Source: Paraspadella gotoi
Lineage: Eukaryota > Animalia > Chaetognatha
DNA length: 64,000 bases
Direction of reading: 5' to 3'
Assembly: GCA_051294375.1 (NCBI GenBank)
Contig: CM119263.1
Span: forward strand, 5,144,740-5,208,739
In this document: piece after piece, positions 39,499 to 53,084 of the stretch
Layout of the letters: every line of letters begins with the position of its first letter
How positions within the stretch are numbered: position 1 is the first letter of the stretch
Program-made: the position numbers and the translations under genes
The notes under the pieces: generated by a model
Database searches by the model: none
What the model saw: only the letters and a program-made list of their open reading frames with translations
What the model was told of the DNA's origin: nothing

Positions 39499-42400
39499 TC
39501 AGATTCTCAGAAATATGTCGTCAAGCGGCGAATGTGTCCTCGGGTTCTCAGATGGGTTCACATTTAAATTCTGCAAGAAAGGAACTCGGATAGGAACCGA
39601 CATTGTTTCGTCGTCACTGTTGACGTGGTGGTCGTCGCCGTCGTCGCCCTGAAAGATATTAAACTTTGCAAGTTGTACTTTCTCTAGAAGAATTTCAGTC
39701 AGTTAATTTTAAAAATTAGTACCGGGAGACGAAAACTGTAGCGGCTATCGTCGTTTTCTTGGAGATCCGCCAACTCGGAAGGTGAAATCGAAGAGATAGG
39801 CTAAAAATTACACATTAACAATTAACATTCCTTGACAAAATCGTTTTCATGTCTCAAGAATAGGAAATATCCACCTGAAGGTCAGCTACCGCATGAGTTT
39901 CGGCAAAGACGCTTTCCTCATTATCATATTGCCCTCGAGGGAGGAAGGGCGACCGGTCGTTTGACGAATGCGGAATACCTGAGGAACCTGGGAGAGGGAA
40001 AGACGGAGGCGCCATGGCAACCGGCGAATCGTGGTCTCCTTAAAATTTGTACATAAAATCGGGTTAATGGCAATGTTGTTGCAGAATTATTTCATTTGGA
40101 TCTAGGTACTAATTGCAAAACCTGAAAGATCGTGTAGGGCGTATTGATTGTCGTTTTCGGGAAAATGTCTTCGATGAAGCGAAAAACCAGAGGCGTCCAT
40201 AGAAGGGTGCTAAAAAATAGTAAAATATAGTAAAATGTAAAATATTTGTATATAGTGTAATTAGTCGTTGGGATACGGACTGACGATTGCTCGCTCACTT
40301 TTTTCCTAAAATGCAGCTCGTGTAAATAGACGGCGCTCAAACCCATGTCGGTGACAGCTAATTCCCTTTGCATCGCTTCAGAAGGAAAAGGCCCATTAGC
40401 TCCCAAACCGACGGTCGACTCGATCATCGAGGCCCCTAAATAGAATATAAATAATATATAAGAAATTATAAAAACATTCACAAAAAATATATGCTGTCTT
40501 GGTTAATACCATTAGGTGAGCTGATCAAGCTGTTGAGAACGCCATTGCTGGCAGTCAATGGACCGTCATTCTGATAGACGCCCGCGCCGCGCGCTAATTG
40601 CATAGGAGGGCGACTGGCAAAGGAAGGGTGATCGGAGGCGATGCCCGAACGGCCGATTGGTGCTGTGATCGAATGAAGAATGCGATTTCAAGATAAAAGT
40701 AATACCGAGCTTGGTAAGTAAATTAAGTTATAAAAAAACCGTTGCGACTCAAATTGACCTCAGTCATCAAGATGACCTTAGTCACAAAGATGCCGTTCAC
40801 TAAACTACTGTGAAGCCTCAGTCGTTGTCGGCTAACTTCTTCTCCTTCTTACATTATGAAGTTTCTCTCATTCGAATCTCAAGCCAAGATCTAAAAATAC
40901 ATTTTTCTCTCTTTTTAATCGATGTCGAAATCATTATTATCAACTACATTTTAATCTTATTGTATCTTCTTCTGGTATATCGTCCGTTATTATTGTTTTG
41001 AATATTTGTAATACGTTGTAAAAACGTAGAACCTCTTTTGTCTTTGTTATTGACTTTTAAAGTAGTTGATATAAAATTAATTAAATTAAATCTTTGAGAC
41101 GAGGGGTACCAAAGTTTCTTTTTAATTCTTTATTTTAATATTATTTCAATATTTTAAGTAAAAATAGGTAAACATAAATCGCACGTACCAACTGATTGAT
41201 TAACGCTCGTCAACATGGAATTGTAGGTATAACTCTGCCCGACGCCCGGTCCAGCCGATGACAGCGACAGAAGAGAATTGAAGAGAGCCGTGTCTTGAGG
41301 GTCCGTAACGCCATTAACAACTAAGGCTGCCTCTTTTTGTGCTTGGTCCTGAATTCAAATCATATTATCCTATAGCTGAAAAATTATATGAAGCTGGTAC
41401 AACCAATAAAACAATTATCCATTTTTATGGACAAGTCGCTAAGAGGACTGAAGAGTGCTACCCGCAACTTCTTTTACCACCTCTAGGAATGGGTGGTCCT
41501 GGACTTGGAACCAGGCTTAAGGGTTTTCCAGGCCCCCAAGGCGGTTTACGGCCGACCTCACACTTCCCGCAGGATAGGTACCATTGGGTATTGATCCCGG
41601 TACCTAATGGTCGTGAACTGATGGTATTACTCAATGAGCCACCGGATCACGATTGAAGATTGCATGCTTATAAGAGGGGTAATCATATTGCAATGCACGA
41701 CAACTTTTACTCCCAGATATAATTGCCAATGTTACTGACTTTGACTTCTTTCAGGAAAAGACTACAGTCTTCGGGAGGTGTCCAGTCCGGGTTTGTAACA
41801 TGGAAATGCATCAACGATAACTCAGTCTTTCCATCATCAGCCTGAGATACAAAGTTGATAAACTGATTAGATTGACTTCGGTAATAGTTGGCTTATTATG
41901 GTGAGGAAGGTGTAATGTCTAAATTTGATTCTGCTTCATACAAGAACTTTCCTCATTGACTTAGTCTTATTGTAAAGGTTAAAACCAAATTGAAACTCAC
42001 CGGCTCACTTTGTGAGCGATTATTGACTTGCGTCGCTGTTGAATTCATCTTGGTAGGCTCAAACCATTGGGGGTTGCCATGGCGACGAACGTTCATCAGC
42101 GAGAAGGAGCAGACGTCGCCGACGCCAATTACGTCCACAGTAAAATTTCGAAAAAAATCCACAATCTCAAGCGATCTGACAAGATAATTAAGATTTTTTA
42201 ATCGTTATCTTTATTGCCTACTATTAAGGGTAGCAAAAATTTATAAGAAAAAAAATATCTTATTGCTATAACGTTACCTGTTCTTCAGCACAAAGCAGAG
42301 AATAAACGGAGTAACGATCGGTGACAGGAGCTCCTCCAACAAATGCACAAATTTATATTGAAACAATCGCGAAAATTCATCGCGCGTTTGCCACTTGTGG

Positions 42401-45065
42401 GCGTTACCCTGGGGTTAAAGCATCAAGATAAATAATACTAAATATTTATTATTCATAATCATATAAAAAATTAGGAAACGTTACCTTCCAGTGGTCAGGC
42501 ATGTAATGAATATGTGAAAGAACCGTGGTAAGAAGTTTTTCTGGGCACCAAATTAGATGCTCGTCAGGAATGAACTGACGCAAAATCGTCACCGCAGCAG
42601 CGAGAACAGTCATAACAGTGAGGACGTGTTCAACTAGTCGAAAAGAAAGAATATGAAAAAGTATTCCACGCTAAAATTCAAAGTCAATTACCTGTAAGAA
42701 CATCTTCGTCTATTACAGTCAAAATTACGAGAACACTGAGAATGGATCCACAAAAGAAAGAAACGCTTTTCGCGAATACAGTTGTCCAGGGAGACATAAA
42801 TAGGGTCATGTAACGGGACGCCGCTATATAAAAAAAATTGTTTTGACCATAAAGTAAGGAATTGGGCAAAGTTGGAACGCCCCAACCCACGAAGAATACA
42901 TCTTGTTTAAATTGGGCAAAGGTAAGTAAGACCAACCTTTGTATCCTCGACTCAGTCTAGTTGAGAACTCGTGGTCAAGCTCGTTGAAGTGACGCAAATA
43001 GATTGAAGCGTAATGTGACCAAGCCCTCATCCCGAAAAACCCGGGCTCCCGTTTGATCATTTCCGCATAATTGTAAAAAGAGTAGAGTATTTGCCACAGC
43101 AAAATTACAGGACAAAGGACAAAGTTGGCGATTCCTTAAAAACAAAAAAAGAATGTACAGATTTACCAGAGGAGGATTTAGCTTGCCGTTCCATTTTTTT
43201 CTTCCTCTTCTTTCCTACTCCTCCTCCTGCCCCTCGGTATATTTTATCTAGCGATACATACTCTAGTATCTACTCTTCGCGAAATATATTATTTTCGCTC
43301 TATTTCCTCACGCCTTCAATACCACTCGAGTTTACTTTTAATTAAACAAAACTTTTCCGAGCCTCTCCTTTCCTACCAATGTAAAAAATTTTTTTCGCCA
43401 ATTGGTCTGCTAAGTCTCTCCGTTTGTGAGTATTTTTGAAATCTTCCTTCAATTGATAGCTGTTGGCAAAAGGAGCCCATGGTCCCCAAAACAAAATCAT
43501 GTCGAGGTTGTAACGATATCCGGCCGTAATGAAAACGTATCGTCCGATGAATGGAAGATCAAATTTGACTGGGAGAACGTTTTTGTTTACCATTGCCGCG
43601 GTGTAATTCTTAAAACGAAGAATTCTGTCAAAACGCAATATAATTTCAGATTCACTTTTAAAGGAAAGCCGTGTTTTGATGATTACAGGGTTAAAGACTT
43701 AAGGTAGCGGTAGCCGACCAAATTCAAATTTTAATGGGAACAGCATTAAACTAATCCATTATTGGTATTAATTATAGTGTTAAAATATTTTTTTGCAAAA
43801 ATGTTCCGAACCATGAGTAATTCGCTAATTAATATTATTATATTGCTACATAATGTTAAAAAAATTTTTGGATATTTTAAGTTTTTTTAATTGATTCTGA
43901 TAGAGCTTAAAAAGTTAAGCAAAAAATATAATTACAACTTTTTAAAATTTTGATATTTTATTACTAAAAATTAGTAAAAACTGCTAAAATCATCGGATGA
44001 TGATGATGATGATTTTTAAGGTTTTTCTCAATTTTAACCCACTTATCATCAAAATATTGAAAAAAGAATTATACTTTGTGTAGATAACTTATCATAAGCT
44101 ATTTGAATCTGCTTTTAAAAATAAAAAATTTCAAAAAAAATTTTTGACATTTCCTATCTATAAATAATTATTAAAAAATTAATTACTAATGCTTCTTGCC
44201 ATTTTAGAAAATTTTGCTCCATTGAAAGTTTTCTCAGAAATGTATGAAGTTTCATTTGGAAAGGTTCCCCCAAATCAAACTTCTGACCCACCCCCCATTG
44301 ACGAAGTTTGGCTCTACTTAAGGTTAGAGATTAAATAAACGCACAAATAGCTCAAATTTTTAAACAGCGTCATCGAACCTATGATAAATGTCGAGTTGAG
44401 TAAGCTCGGATTTGTGGATGCACATTTGATGCTCCTTTTGCACCTCAATTAGCCTGGCCTGAACTTCGTGCCAAGTCATGTTGTGAAGGTCCGAACTGGA
44501 AACCTTTAACACGCTGCAATAGAACGACCGGATCTCCATGTACATCATCAGATGATACATCACTTTTACGATGCGGAAGATCCAAAATGATCCCGCGATA
44601 ACGAGACCCAGCAGAGTTAAACTGAAAACAAAGAAAGTAAAGTTTATATCGAGTGATTAACTAGTCCACAAAGGCAATTTACCTATGAAAACTATGAATG
44701 GAGCAAGATTTGATGCAGTCGGAAATGGTGACCTTGGTGTGATTGGTCTGACCGTGCGAGGTATGAGGGTGAGGCACATCTTTGTCGCCGAACAAAACCG
44801 CGTAATCCACGCATTCGATCAGAAAACTGGTGAGAGTCATGACGAAGAGGAATTGACAAATGTCGAGGACATCGCCGAGCAAGATGCACATGAATCCTCG
44901 TTTTTGATGATATTTGTAAACTCGAGAGAAAAACTCGTCCAAATTCCTCACGTGATTCCATTTCGTCTTCGTCGCCTCATCTGGAGCTGGAAAGGGCAAA
45001 GACTCAACGCCGTCTCCATCGTGATAGCCGCTGAGCGATTGGTAGCCTGTCTCGAATGCGCTCAT
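39499..45065 (-). CDS. ATG9: Autophagy-related protein 9, multi-exon
   Basis: KWNHVRNLDEFFSRVYKYHQKRGF, WHEVQARLIEVQKEHQMCIHKSELTQLDIYHRILRFKNY, YLRHFNELDHE, VDFFRNFTVDVIGVGDVCSFSLMNVRRHGNPQW. The 3' exons are less certain; stop inferred at 39499. Confidence 0.93.
41480..41655 (-). mobile_element. Possible tRNA-derived SINE in an ATG9 intron
   Basis: Minus strand reads GATCCGGTGGCTCATTGAG (A-box-like) ... GGGATCAATACCC (B-box-like), followed by a GC-rich body. Confidence 0.35.
43700..44325. mobile_element. AT-rich foldback-like insertion in an ATG9 intron
   Basis: TTAA near both ends; degenerate inverted arms (~43820-43890 vs ~44115-44190). Confidence 0.3.
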
Positions 45066-45774
45066 CTTTACGCGTCTCTTGAAGAGACTGCTAAATTTTA
45101 ATTTTAATTAAATTTCATGGGATGGTCTGCCTGTCTGTCGGAGGGTTTTACGAATGGAAAGGGAAAACAATTTGATTGTCCATGTTTTACTCGAGCAGTA
45201 AAACCAAACTTTTTTGTCGTTATAGGTTCTGAGCGGAAATCCAAACTATTTGGGTTAATTTCATTTTCTGTAATAAAACGAGGACGAAAAGTGTAAAAAA
45301 CACGCGTTGTTTTGACTTAGAATTTATAAAAATGAAGAACGTCAAGTAGATGTACGCTTAAACAATAGAATCAAGGCGGTCAGTTTAAATCCAAGACCAA
45401 CAAAGAGGATCACAGAAATCTGGCCACTCGTGCTCTCTCTCGCATTGTCTCGCTTTCTCGTTGAGTTATTATGTTCAGCCAATCACATGCGAGGGAGCTT
45501 GATTTGAATTTAAAAACATAGTCATAGATTGAAATAATTATTTTTTCATAAATTATTCAACGTTAATTAAATATAAAATTGTAAAAACAAAAATGCGGCT
45601 CCTTCAAAAAAGCGTGAGTTAGAAATTCGTATGTATTTTTAAAAAATGTAAACATGCTTAAATAAAAACGAACAAAGCGAAAAACCATAACCATAACCAT
45701 AACCATAATGACCTCCACAGGAACCGACAGCTGACACAAAACAGAAAGAAGCAAACAAAAACGTTTTCTAATTA

Positions 45775-46501
45775 CAGAAGGCTTCATATTATAAAATGTG
45801 GTACCCCTTTTTTGTGACCAGAATCTGTTCCCACCAAACTACCTGATCGAATTTAATGAAATTTTACATTTAGAGTGCTAATGACTATATAAATGGAAAT
45901 ATCGAGGCGAATTTTGATATTCAACCCCTGACAAGAGATACAGGGCCCTGGGGGTGGACCCCTGGGGGGGCCAAAAAATGCTAAATTTTTTTTTCATTTT
46001 TCAAATTTTTTCAGTAGCATCAGGTGCATTGTTTTAAACATAAGAAAAAAACATTTTAGAACTAAAATTAATGAATTTGCAATAATTAAGCATGGTTGAA
46101 GATGAATGGTTCATCGTTTTACTTCCAATTTTCCCAAATTATTCCAAATCTGACTTCATCTGCTGATATTCATGAAGCTAAAAATTAAGTTAAATGAATA
46201 TTTTTGAGGTAATAAATACGTTTTTGTGGAAGAGTAAACGTCTGTGCAACTGTTCTAAACAAAAATAATAAAAAATTTTGAAAAAAATTTTTGACCATTT
46301 TTCGCCCCCATGGGTGACCCCGGGGGGGGGGCCCATATCTCGGCTCAGCGGTCAAATATTGAGATTCGCCTCGATAGTTTTATTAGTATTCACATAGGGA
46401 TCGTTCATTCCAAATTTCAATAAATTTGGTCCAGTCGTTTTCTCGGAATGAGTTCTGGTCACAAAAAAGGGGTACCACATTTTATAATATGAAGCCTTCT
46501 G
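45775..46501. mobile_element. Tc1/mariner-type MITE with 49-bp perfect TIRs and TA target duplication
   Basis: CAGAAGGCTTCATATTATAAAATGTGGTACCCCTTTTTTGTGACCAGAA at 45775 is the exact reverse complement of 46453-46501. TA at 45773-4 and 46502-3; imperfect inverted similarity continues inward. Confidence 0.92.
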
Positions 46502-46628
46502 TATCATATACCATATAATAAATTTTAATATTGGTTAGCTCTAATGAGGATTGTGTCAGTGTCTCTGGATGTCACTGCACGTATTAAACGCAAACTCCAT
46601 AGGCTTTCGTAAAAATGCTTAAAACTTC

Positions 46629-47759
46629 TCACGCATATTTTTTCATAAAATTGAGATGGAAGGTTTTGAACAATTCCATGTTCTTTTTGATGGCCTCGAA
46701 AGGAGGCAAAATGGTCATCCTAAAATGATGGGTGCCCGGTCTTTGACCGAATCCCGATCCCGGCACGACGCACAACCCTGTCTCCTCCAACAAAGCAAAG
46801 CAATAGAAAGCGTCGGGGGCCTTCCCGTCCGCTTTGGCCGCCTCAACGGCGCGGGGCGGAAGGAGGATCTGCGGAAAGGTGTACATGGCGCCCATGACTT
46901 CGTTGCAGGAGATGCCGGGAATAGAGTTGAAGGTGTCGGCGACGAGCCTGGCCTTCTGTTTGAGAGTGTCCAAGACTTGGGTCTTCTCTTTGATAAAGAG
47001 ATCGTAAGACGGATCATCGGGTTTGGGTTCGTTGGTGACAAGAGACATGGCGCATTGCCCCACCGTCGACGAACACAGCTTGGTGGAAATGAGTTTGTTC
47101 AACTGCGCTTTGACGAAAGGATCGAGATTGACAACCTCCATGTAGCCGCCCCGAAAGCCGCATTCTCCCTGCCACCCTTTCGACATGGAATGAAAAGAGG
47201 CAAGCGGGATCTCGGCGAAGTCGCCTCCCATCTCGAACATGACTTTCTTAAAGGAGTGGAACTTGGATCCCTCCGCATAGACGTTTGTCTGGTAGACTTC
47301 ATCAGCGAGGATAAAGAGTCCCTCCTCCTTCGCGAAACGGATCACGTCCTCGATGTTTTGTCGCGTCAGGACTTGACCCGTGGGATTTCCCGGGTTTATG
47401 ACGCAAATGGCGCCGGGATTGCAGGCGTCGCGCGACTCGCCGATGGCGCGCTTCAGCTCGGGGACGTCGAGCGACCAACCATGCTCCTCGTCCAAGTAGT
47501 AGCTGATCTGGTGGGCGCCGAACTCGGCAATGGTGGCCGAGTAGAGGGGATACTGGGGGAGGGGGATCATGACCCCTACGGGTGTTTGCCCCTCGGCGTG
47601 GAGGAGCAGCTTGAGGATGGTACGGATGCCGTCGCTTGCTCCAGTCGTCAAGTAGATGTTGTTTGCGTCCGCGGGGATTCCGCCGTCGCGATGCTCGATG
47701 TAGTTCGCTACGTCTTTACGAACCTGGGGTAAGAGAAAATATTTTGAGAGAGAGAAATA

Positions 47760-47793
<34 letters not shown>

Positions 47794-48310
47794 AAGAAAA
47801 AAAAAAGAGAGAGAGAGAGTTCTCACCAGCTCAATCCCGACGGAATCAGTGTAGGATCCCATCGAGGCCCCCGCACATCCAGACAACAAATGCTTGGCTC
47901 TGGCGACGACGTCAGAAGGAAATTTTCCCGATTCCATGATTTCCGGGTACAAGCAGCAAGCAAGAACCTATGGCAAATACAGGAACATTTTAAAACATAA
48001 AAAAAATTCCATAAGTTGGTTTAAAAATTAAACGCACCTGACGGATGAAAGTGATTGGTTGATTGCCGACGGCGTGACAGTCGCCGATGTTGGCTCGAGT
48101 GACGGCCTGGAAGGGTTTGGGCGCGCCGGAGCGGAGCTCGTGCTCAATCTCGGCGGCGCGGACGACGATGGGTCCGCGGACGGCGTATTCAACCTTTTTG
48201 ATTTTCGGATTCATCGTTTCCGCGGTCAACATCGTACGGGAAGGCATTTTCCAGTTTAGCAGCAAAGGCAAGGTTCGGGCACGACGAGAGAGTAGACTGA
48301 AGACTGCCAT
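46629..48310 (-). CDS. GPT: Alanine aminotransferase, probably mitochondrial (exons 48310-48038, 47967-47827, 47723-46629; ~502 aa)
   Basis: [56 protein letters not shown] (PLP lysine); Arg-rich N-terminus. Confidence 0.95.
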
Positions 48311-48628
48311 GTTCGTTAACGTTTCGAAATCATTTAGCAGAAATATTGATTTTTTTTTCTTTTTTTTCAATTCATTAAGCGAATCAGAGAAGAAATATAC
48401 AAGTAAAACAAAGGCAGGGAAACTAAATAAATTTTCTTATCGGTAAAAAATGACCCAGTAAACTAGAAAAAAATTAGTAAATTAGCAAAAAGCGAACGAA
48501 TCACCGAAATTCGCAGGTGCAAATATTACATCTGAGACGGATTCACGTCGTAATCAAGGACGATGATGAGCCCCAATGGATCTCGCCAACCCTCCCGTTG
48601 ACGCCTTCTGACGGCTTGCCTCTCCCAC

Positions 48629-49816
48629 TCAATAAGCGAACCTCATCTTCTCCGAGTATTTGAGATCCTCCAACGCCGGAAGGCAGGCGAAGTTGATCAT
48701 CGGGGGCGGGCCGCACATGACGACAAGCGTTTCCTCGCTCGGCGCCGGGAGGTGATCCCTGATCATCTCCGAGTTTACGAAGCCTTTGCTATAGCTCCAG
48801 CCATCTTGGGGGCGATCCAAGGTATACCAGAGATGGAATCGGCCTCGGTTTTGGGCTTGGATCTCCTCCAACTCGTCCCTCAACAGGATGTCGTCTTCGG
48901 TCTGATTGGCGAAGAGGAGCCACATCTCGCTCCGATCTCTATGGTCCTTGAGAATCGCGCGAATCAACTGCAGCATCGGGGTGATACCCGTTCCGCCGGC
49001 GATCATTCCGATCTGGAATCGACAACAACCACCATTAGTAATTCATTTTGTCTAATTAGTACAAGTTAGCTTTTTTTTTTGCCTTCCTGACGTGTCGGAC
49101 TTCCGGAAGGTCAGACTGTTTCTTCTCCTTGATCAAAAACTTTCCCCGGCCTGCGTAGACGAGAAGGCCGGAAGGTCCGCGGAAGTTGATTGTGCTGCCG
49201 AGTTCCATGTTGTTGAGATGCTGCGACATTTTCCCGCCATCGGGGAATCGAGGGTGGACGCCTTTGAAGTAGACTTTGATGACGAGGTCGACGTATCCGA
49301 GTTCATCGTCGCTGGAAGTCGGCGTGTAGGGGCGAATCACCAGCTCTCCGTTTATTCTGGAAAGAAAGGTTCTACGTATGTATAAATTTAAAAAGGACTA
49401 ACAGCCTTACAACACCTAAATACAAGCCCTGAAAATTGTTTTTTCCGATAAACCAAATTTCGTCGATCACACCTGGCAGAGAGATAGACGTGCTGACCGA
49501 CGGGGAGACCGAGGGCGTGTTCGTCGGAAGGCAGAGCGAATCTGAATCGTCGAGTGTCGTGACTGATCTCCTCCTATTCACCAAAATAGTATTAAAAAAT
49601 AAAAATACATAATTCAAAATTAAATCAAGATTCACAAATAGAAAAGCGTGAATTCCTCACCCGATCGACGAGTTGAAGCGGGTAGTTGATCTTCGGATCC
49701 TCGAGCGTCACTTTTCTCTTCTTCTTCGTCGTCAACCGTCTCCATCCGAGAATGGTGACGGCGACGACGCCCAAGGCCACGCCCACTCCGATACCCACTT
49801 GAGCCGTGGTCACCAT
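48629..49816 (-). CDS. CYB5R: NADH-cytochrome b5 reductase (4 exons, N-terminal membrane anchor)
   Basis: [56 protein letters not shown]. Confidence 0.93.
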
Positions 49817-50090
49817 GGCGGCGCGATAGCTTTCGACCGCGTCAATCTGATTTAAACCGCGAATTTGAAGAACGATAAAATTGAAAAAGAGGTTTAACAT
49901 TCGAAAAATAAAAATCCAACAGCCAAAACAGTTACCAACAGCCAATAAAAAGAGCCAACAACCGAATAGAAATGTAAAGCGCCTCAAAAAATAATTCGAT
50001 AAAAAACTATTGTCTTGTAGAGTATTGAACATTGCGATTTGTCAAAGCTTAAAAAAATAATCGAGCGATAAAAAAAAAGGGACGGAATTG

Positions 50091-51984
50091 TCAAGTTCGG
50101 CAAGAATTAATGGCAGCGTCGACGTCGGGCAGATTCTGGATCAAAGGATCGATATCGTCCGACTTTTTCGACGGAGACAAGAGACGCCATCTGGTGGAGA
50201 AGAAGACGACGAAGGCGACGAGTCCCGCGCCGACGATCATAAGGCACAACTCCGCGATGGTCATCATCAAGAGCGGCGTCGTGACGCGACTCTTTAGCTG
50301 ACCCGCGGAATCTTCGTCCAGAGCCGCAGTCTCTTCAATCCAAACCATTGGCAAGATGAGATCGTCGGGGAACTTTTGGAAATATTTGGACCAGACTGGA
50401 TGGTTTTTCACGAAGGCGTTGACTTGGAGCCGTTTGGCCGCGTCCATTACTGTCCCTAGATTTGAAAGGTGATAAAACTGTGAGGCGAGGAGAGAGTTTT
50501 AACCGGAAAAGCCACGACTCACCAGTCCATGGTTCCATCTTGAGATAAGTCTCGTGTTCTTCGCGATTCGGATGTAGACCCAAGATCCTGGATTGATACT
50601 CCTCATCCGCCTGATACAAATGCGGCAGGGAAGAGATGACCGGCGCGCCCATTTGACAACTGGACAGATTCAAGACTCCGGCTCCGAGGCAGTGGGCATC
50701 GTCCGGCGTGCAAAAGCAGAGGTTGCCCGGGTTGACGGAAGTGTTGGCGAAGACGTTGACGGGGACGACGAATCGATAGCCGGGAATTCCGTGGACGCTC
50801 GTGTCGGATTCGAAATTCAAGTGAATCGATCTGAAAATCGACATTGAATTTTGTTCTTTACTTTCTTTCCCCCAAATATTGTGAATCATTTGTGAAAATG
50901 ACCAGATTTTATAGAATTTGAACCTGAAATATGGTCTTGCTGTATTATTATCTTTTAAGAGAGATGGAGGGCACCATAGCCAGTCCAAAGTCAGGGGAAA
51001 GCAAACTTATTTATCTAATGAATAAATGATTTCTTTTATATTGGTTGTCCATTGCGGTTACTTACAGTGAGAGAAACAAACCGCTGCCGCCATCGCAAAA
51101 TTTTCGCTCAACAAAAGAGAAAAAACGAACCTGCAAATGTCCGTCGAGTAGAGATAGAGCGTGTCCTCTCGCGAGATAAATGGATGATAAAATGTCCCGT
51201 CGGTTCCGTTGATGGCATTGCAGTATGGAGTTCGCCAGACGTTCAATGCGGATCGATTGTTCCACGAAAGGATCGTCGCCTCCTCATCCACGCCCCCTAG
51301 TCCCGTACGAACGAGATATTCTCCGTCGTCGCTCTCGTTCTTGTTCAAGAACCAACCGAAATCCGTGAAGGGAATTAGATCCGGTTTTATTTTTTTCAAC
51401 TCGATCAATAGAGGAACTGGATAACCCCAAAGCCATTGCTCCACCGTTCGCTCCTCGAAGAGGCTCGACTTCGTTTGCCAAAAGATCAGCTCCAACGGGG
51501 TCCTCTCGTAAAAGGGCAAGCCCGTCGTTTCCTGCAGAACCGTCAAAAAGGGAAAATTGGGGAGTCTGATGATGTCGGATTCGTCGCCGTCACTGAGGTC
51601 CGGTTCGAAGCTAAAGACGCGATTCTCTCGATAGGAGACGCTCTCTCCGTCGTCGTGAAACGTCACGTTCTGTTTGTGACGCTTCTCCGAGTAGACGTAA
51701 GGTCCCTTCTCTAGAAGAAGCGGCTTTTCGCCGGCGAAAATCTCCGACGGGTTGACGACGTGAAAGAGGCGGAACTTGACGAAGATCGGGACTGGCACGT
51801 CGGTCCACGCGCGGAAGATGGCGTTGGAGTCGTCGGAGGCGGAAGCGGAGGCGGGATCGCGGATCGGGAGACTGGAGGCGATCTCGGAATCGATTATCTT
51901 ACGTAAAACGGGAATTAAGACGATACCGGAGACGAAGAGGAAAAGTCCGACGAACAATATTATTGTCAGTTTCATTCGCGTCAT
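50091..51984 (-). CDS. CD36/scavenger receptor class B, LIMP-2(SCARB2)-like (exons 51984-51131, 50830-50523, 50455-50091)
   Basis: N- and C-terminal TM helices, EKGPYVY, CNAINGTDG, DICRSI, SLPHLY; C-tail DDIDPLI fits the [DE]xxxL[LI] lysosomal sorting motif. Confidence 0.88.
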
Positions 51985-53084
51985 TTTTTTAAATTTTAAT
52001 GCTTCGTTTTAGTTCATTTCTTCCTGTCTTTAGGCCAGCTAGTGATCTGGATTTCAAATGATAAAAGATACGTAGGAATATTTTGTATAAATTCGTAAAA
52101 AAATTAACGGTTTATAATAAAAAAAATTGCCATAAACTTATAAAAGAAAAATGACTAACAATTGGAAAATAATATTAGTAGAAAAAACAAATGCTAAAAA
52201 AATAAAATACGGTCCACAACTGCGAATTTTAGCACCGATTAAAATCCTCCAAAAGCTAAATACCAGTAACTAAGGATCCGAATACGATTTAGTTAAAACG
52301 ACGCGTTACACCCTAATTAACAGGAGCTCAAATAATATTATGCTTTGATAATGACGATTTCCGAACGAAACGTTTAAAATTAATACTTTTGAACGTTTAA
52401 ATTATTAACCAGGGTTTTCTTTTCCGGTCTTAATGACAATGCTTTCATGAAATTTAATGGATAACTTTTTTAAATTAGTTTAGGAAAGTTAAGATGTAGC
52501 TCTTTGCAAGATTGCTTTTTACAAAGATTTAAATGCTGGAAAGTTACATAACTGCAGAGCGATTTACCTTAAACCCTAAGTAATCATGAAACATTGTTTT
52601 TTCTACACTGTTCTAAGGTCAGATTCCCTCAGAATTAAATTATTTGGGTAACAACTTTAGCCGAGCCATGGAGACAGATATGACGTGATAAAGGAAAAGC
52701 CTTAATAACATCAAGCCTGAAACAGTGAGAGGAACGAATAAGCTCTTCGACACTCAAGTGGTTCGACGTGCATTTGGCAGTTTCTTCGATAAGCGATTGA
52801 TTGATCTTTAACGTAGTAATCTCCAAATAAATGCCCTTGATTATGATACAATCCAAATAATGATCGAACAATTTGTCCTCGCGAGAAAAACCAACGCAAG
52901 GAAAAAGAATCAATTTTGTTTCCAGCTGATCTAAAATTTTCTTTAAGTATTTCTACCGCTACAGTTTCCGGTTTATATTAAGAAACATCTTTGAACATAT
53001 CACCCATGATAGACGATCGATAACACGTAATCACATAGGACTATCACAAATTCTTTTCCCCCTGATTCTAGGAAATGTCCATTT

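Noticed and set aside
46656-47732. 358-aa plus-strand ORF antisense to ALT (and similar ORFs opposite DLD, HSF and SDHAF4)
   Set aside because: Shadow ORFs caused by high GC3 codon bias of the real minus-strand genes.
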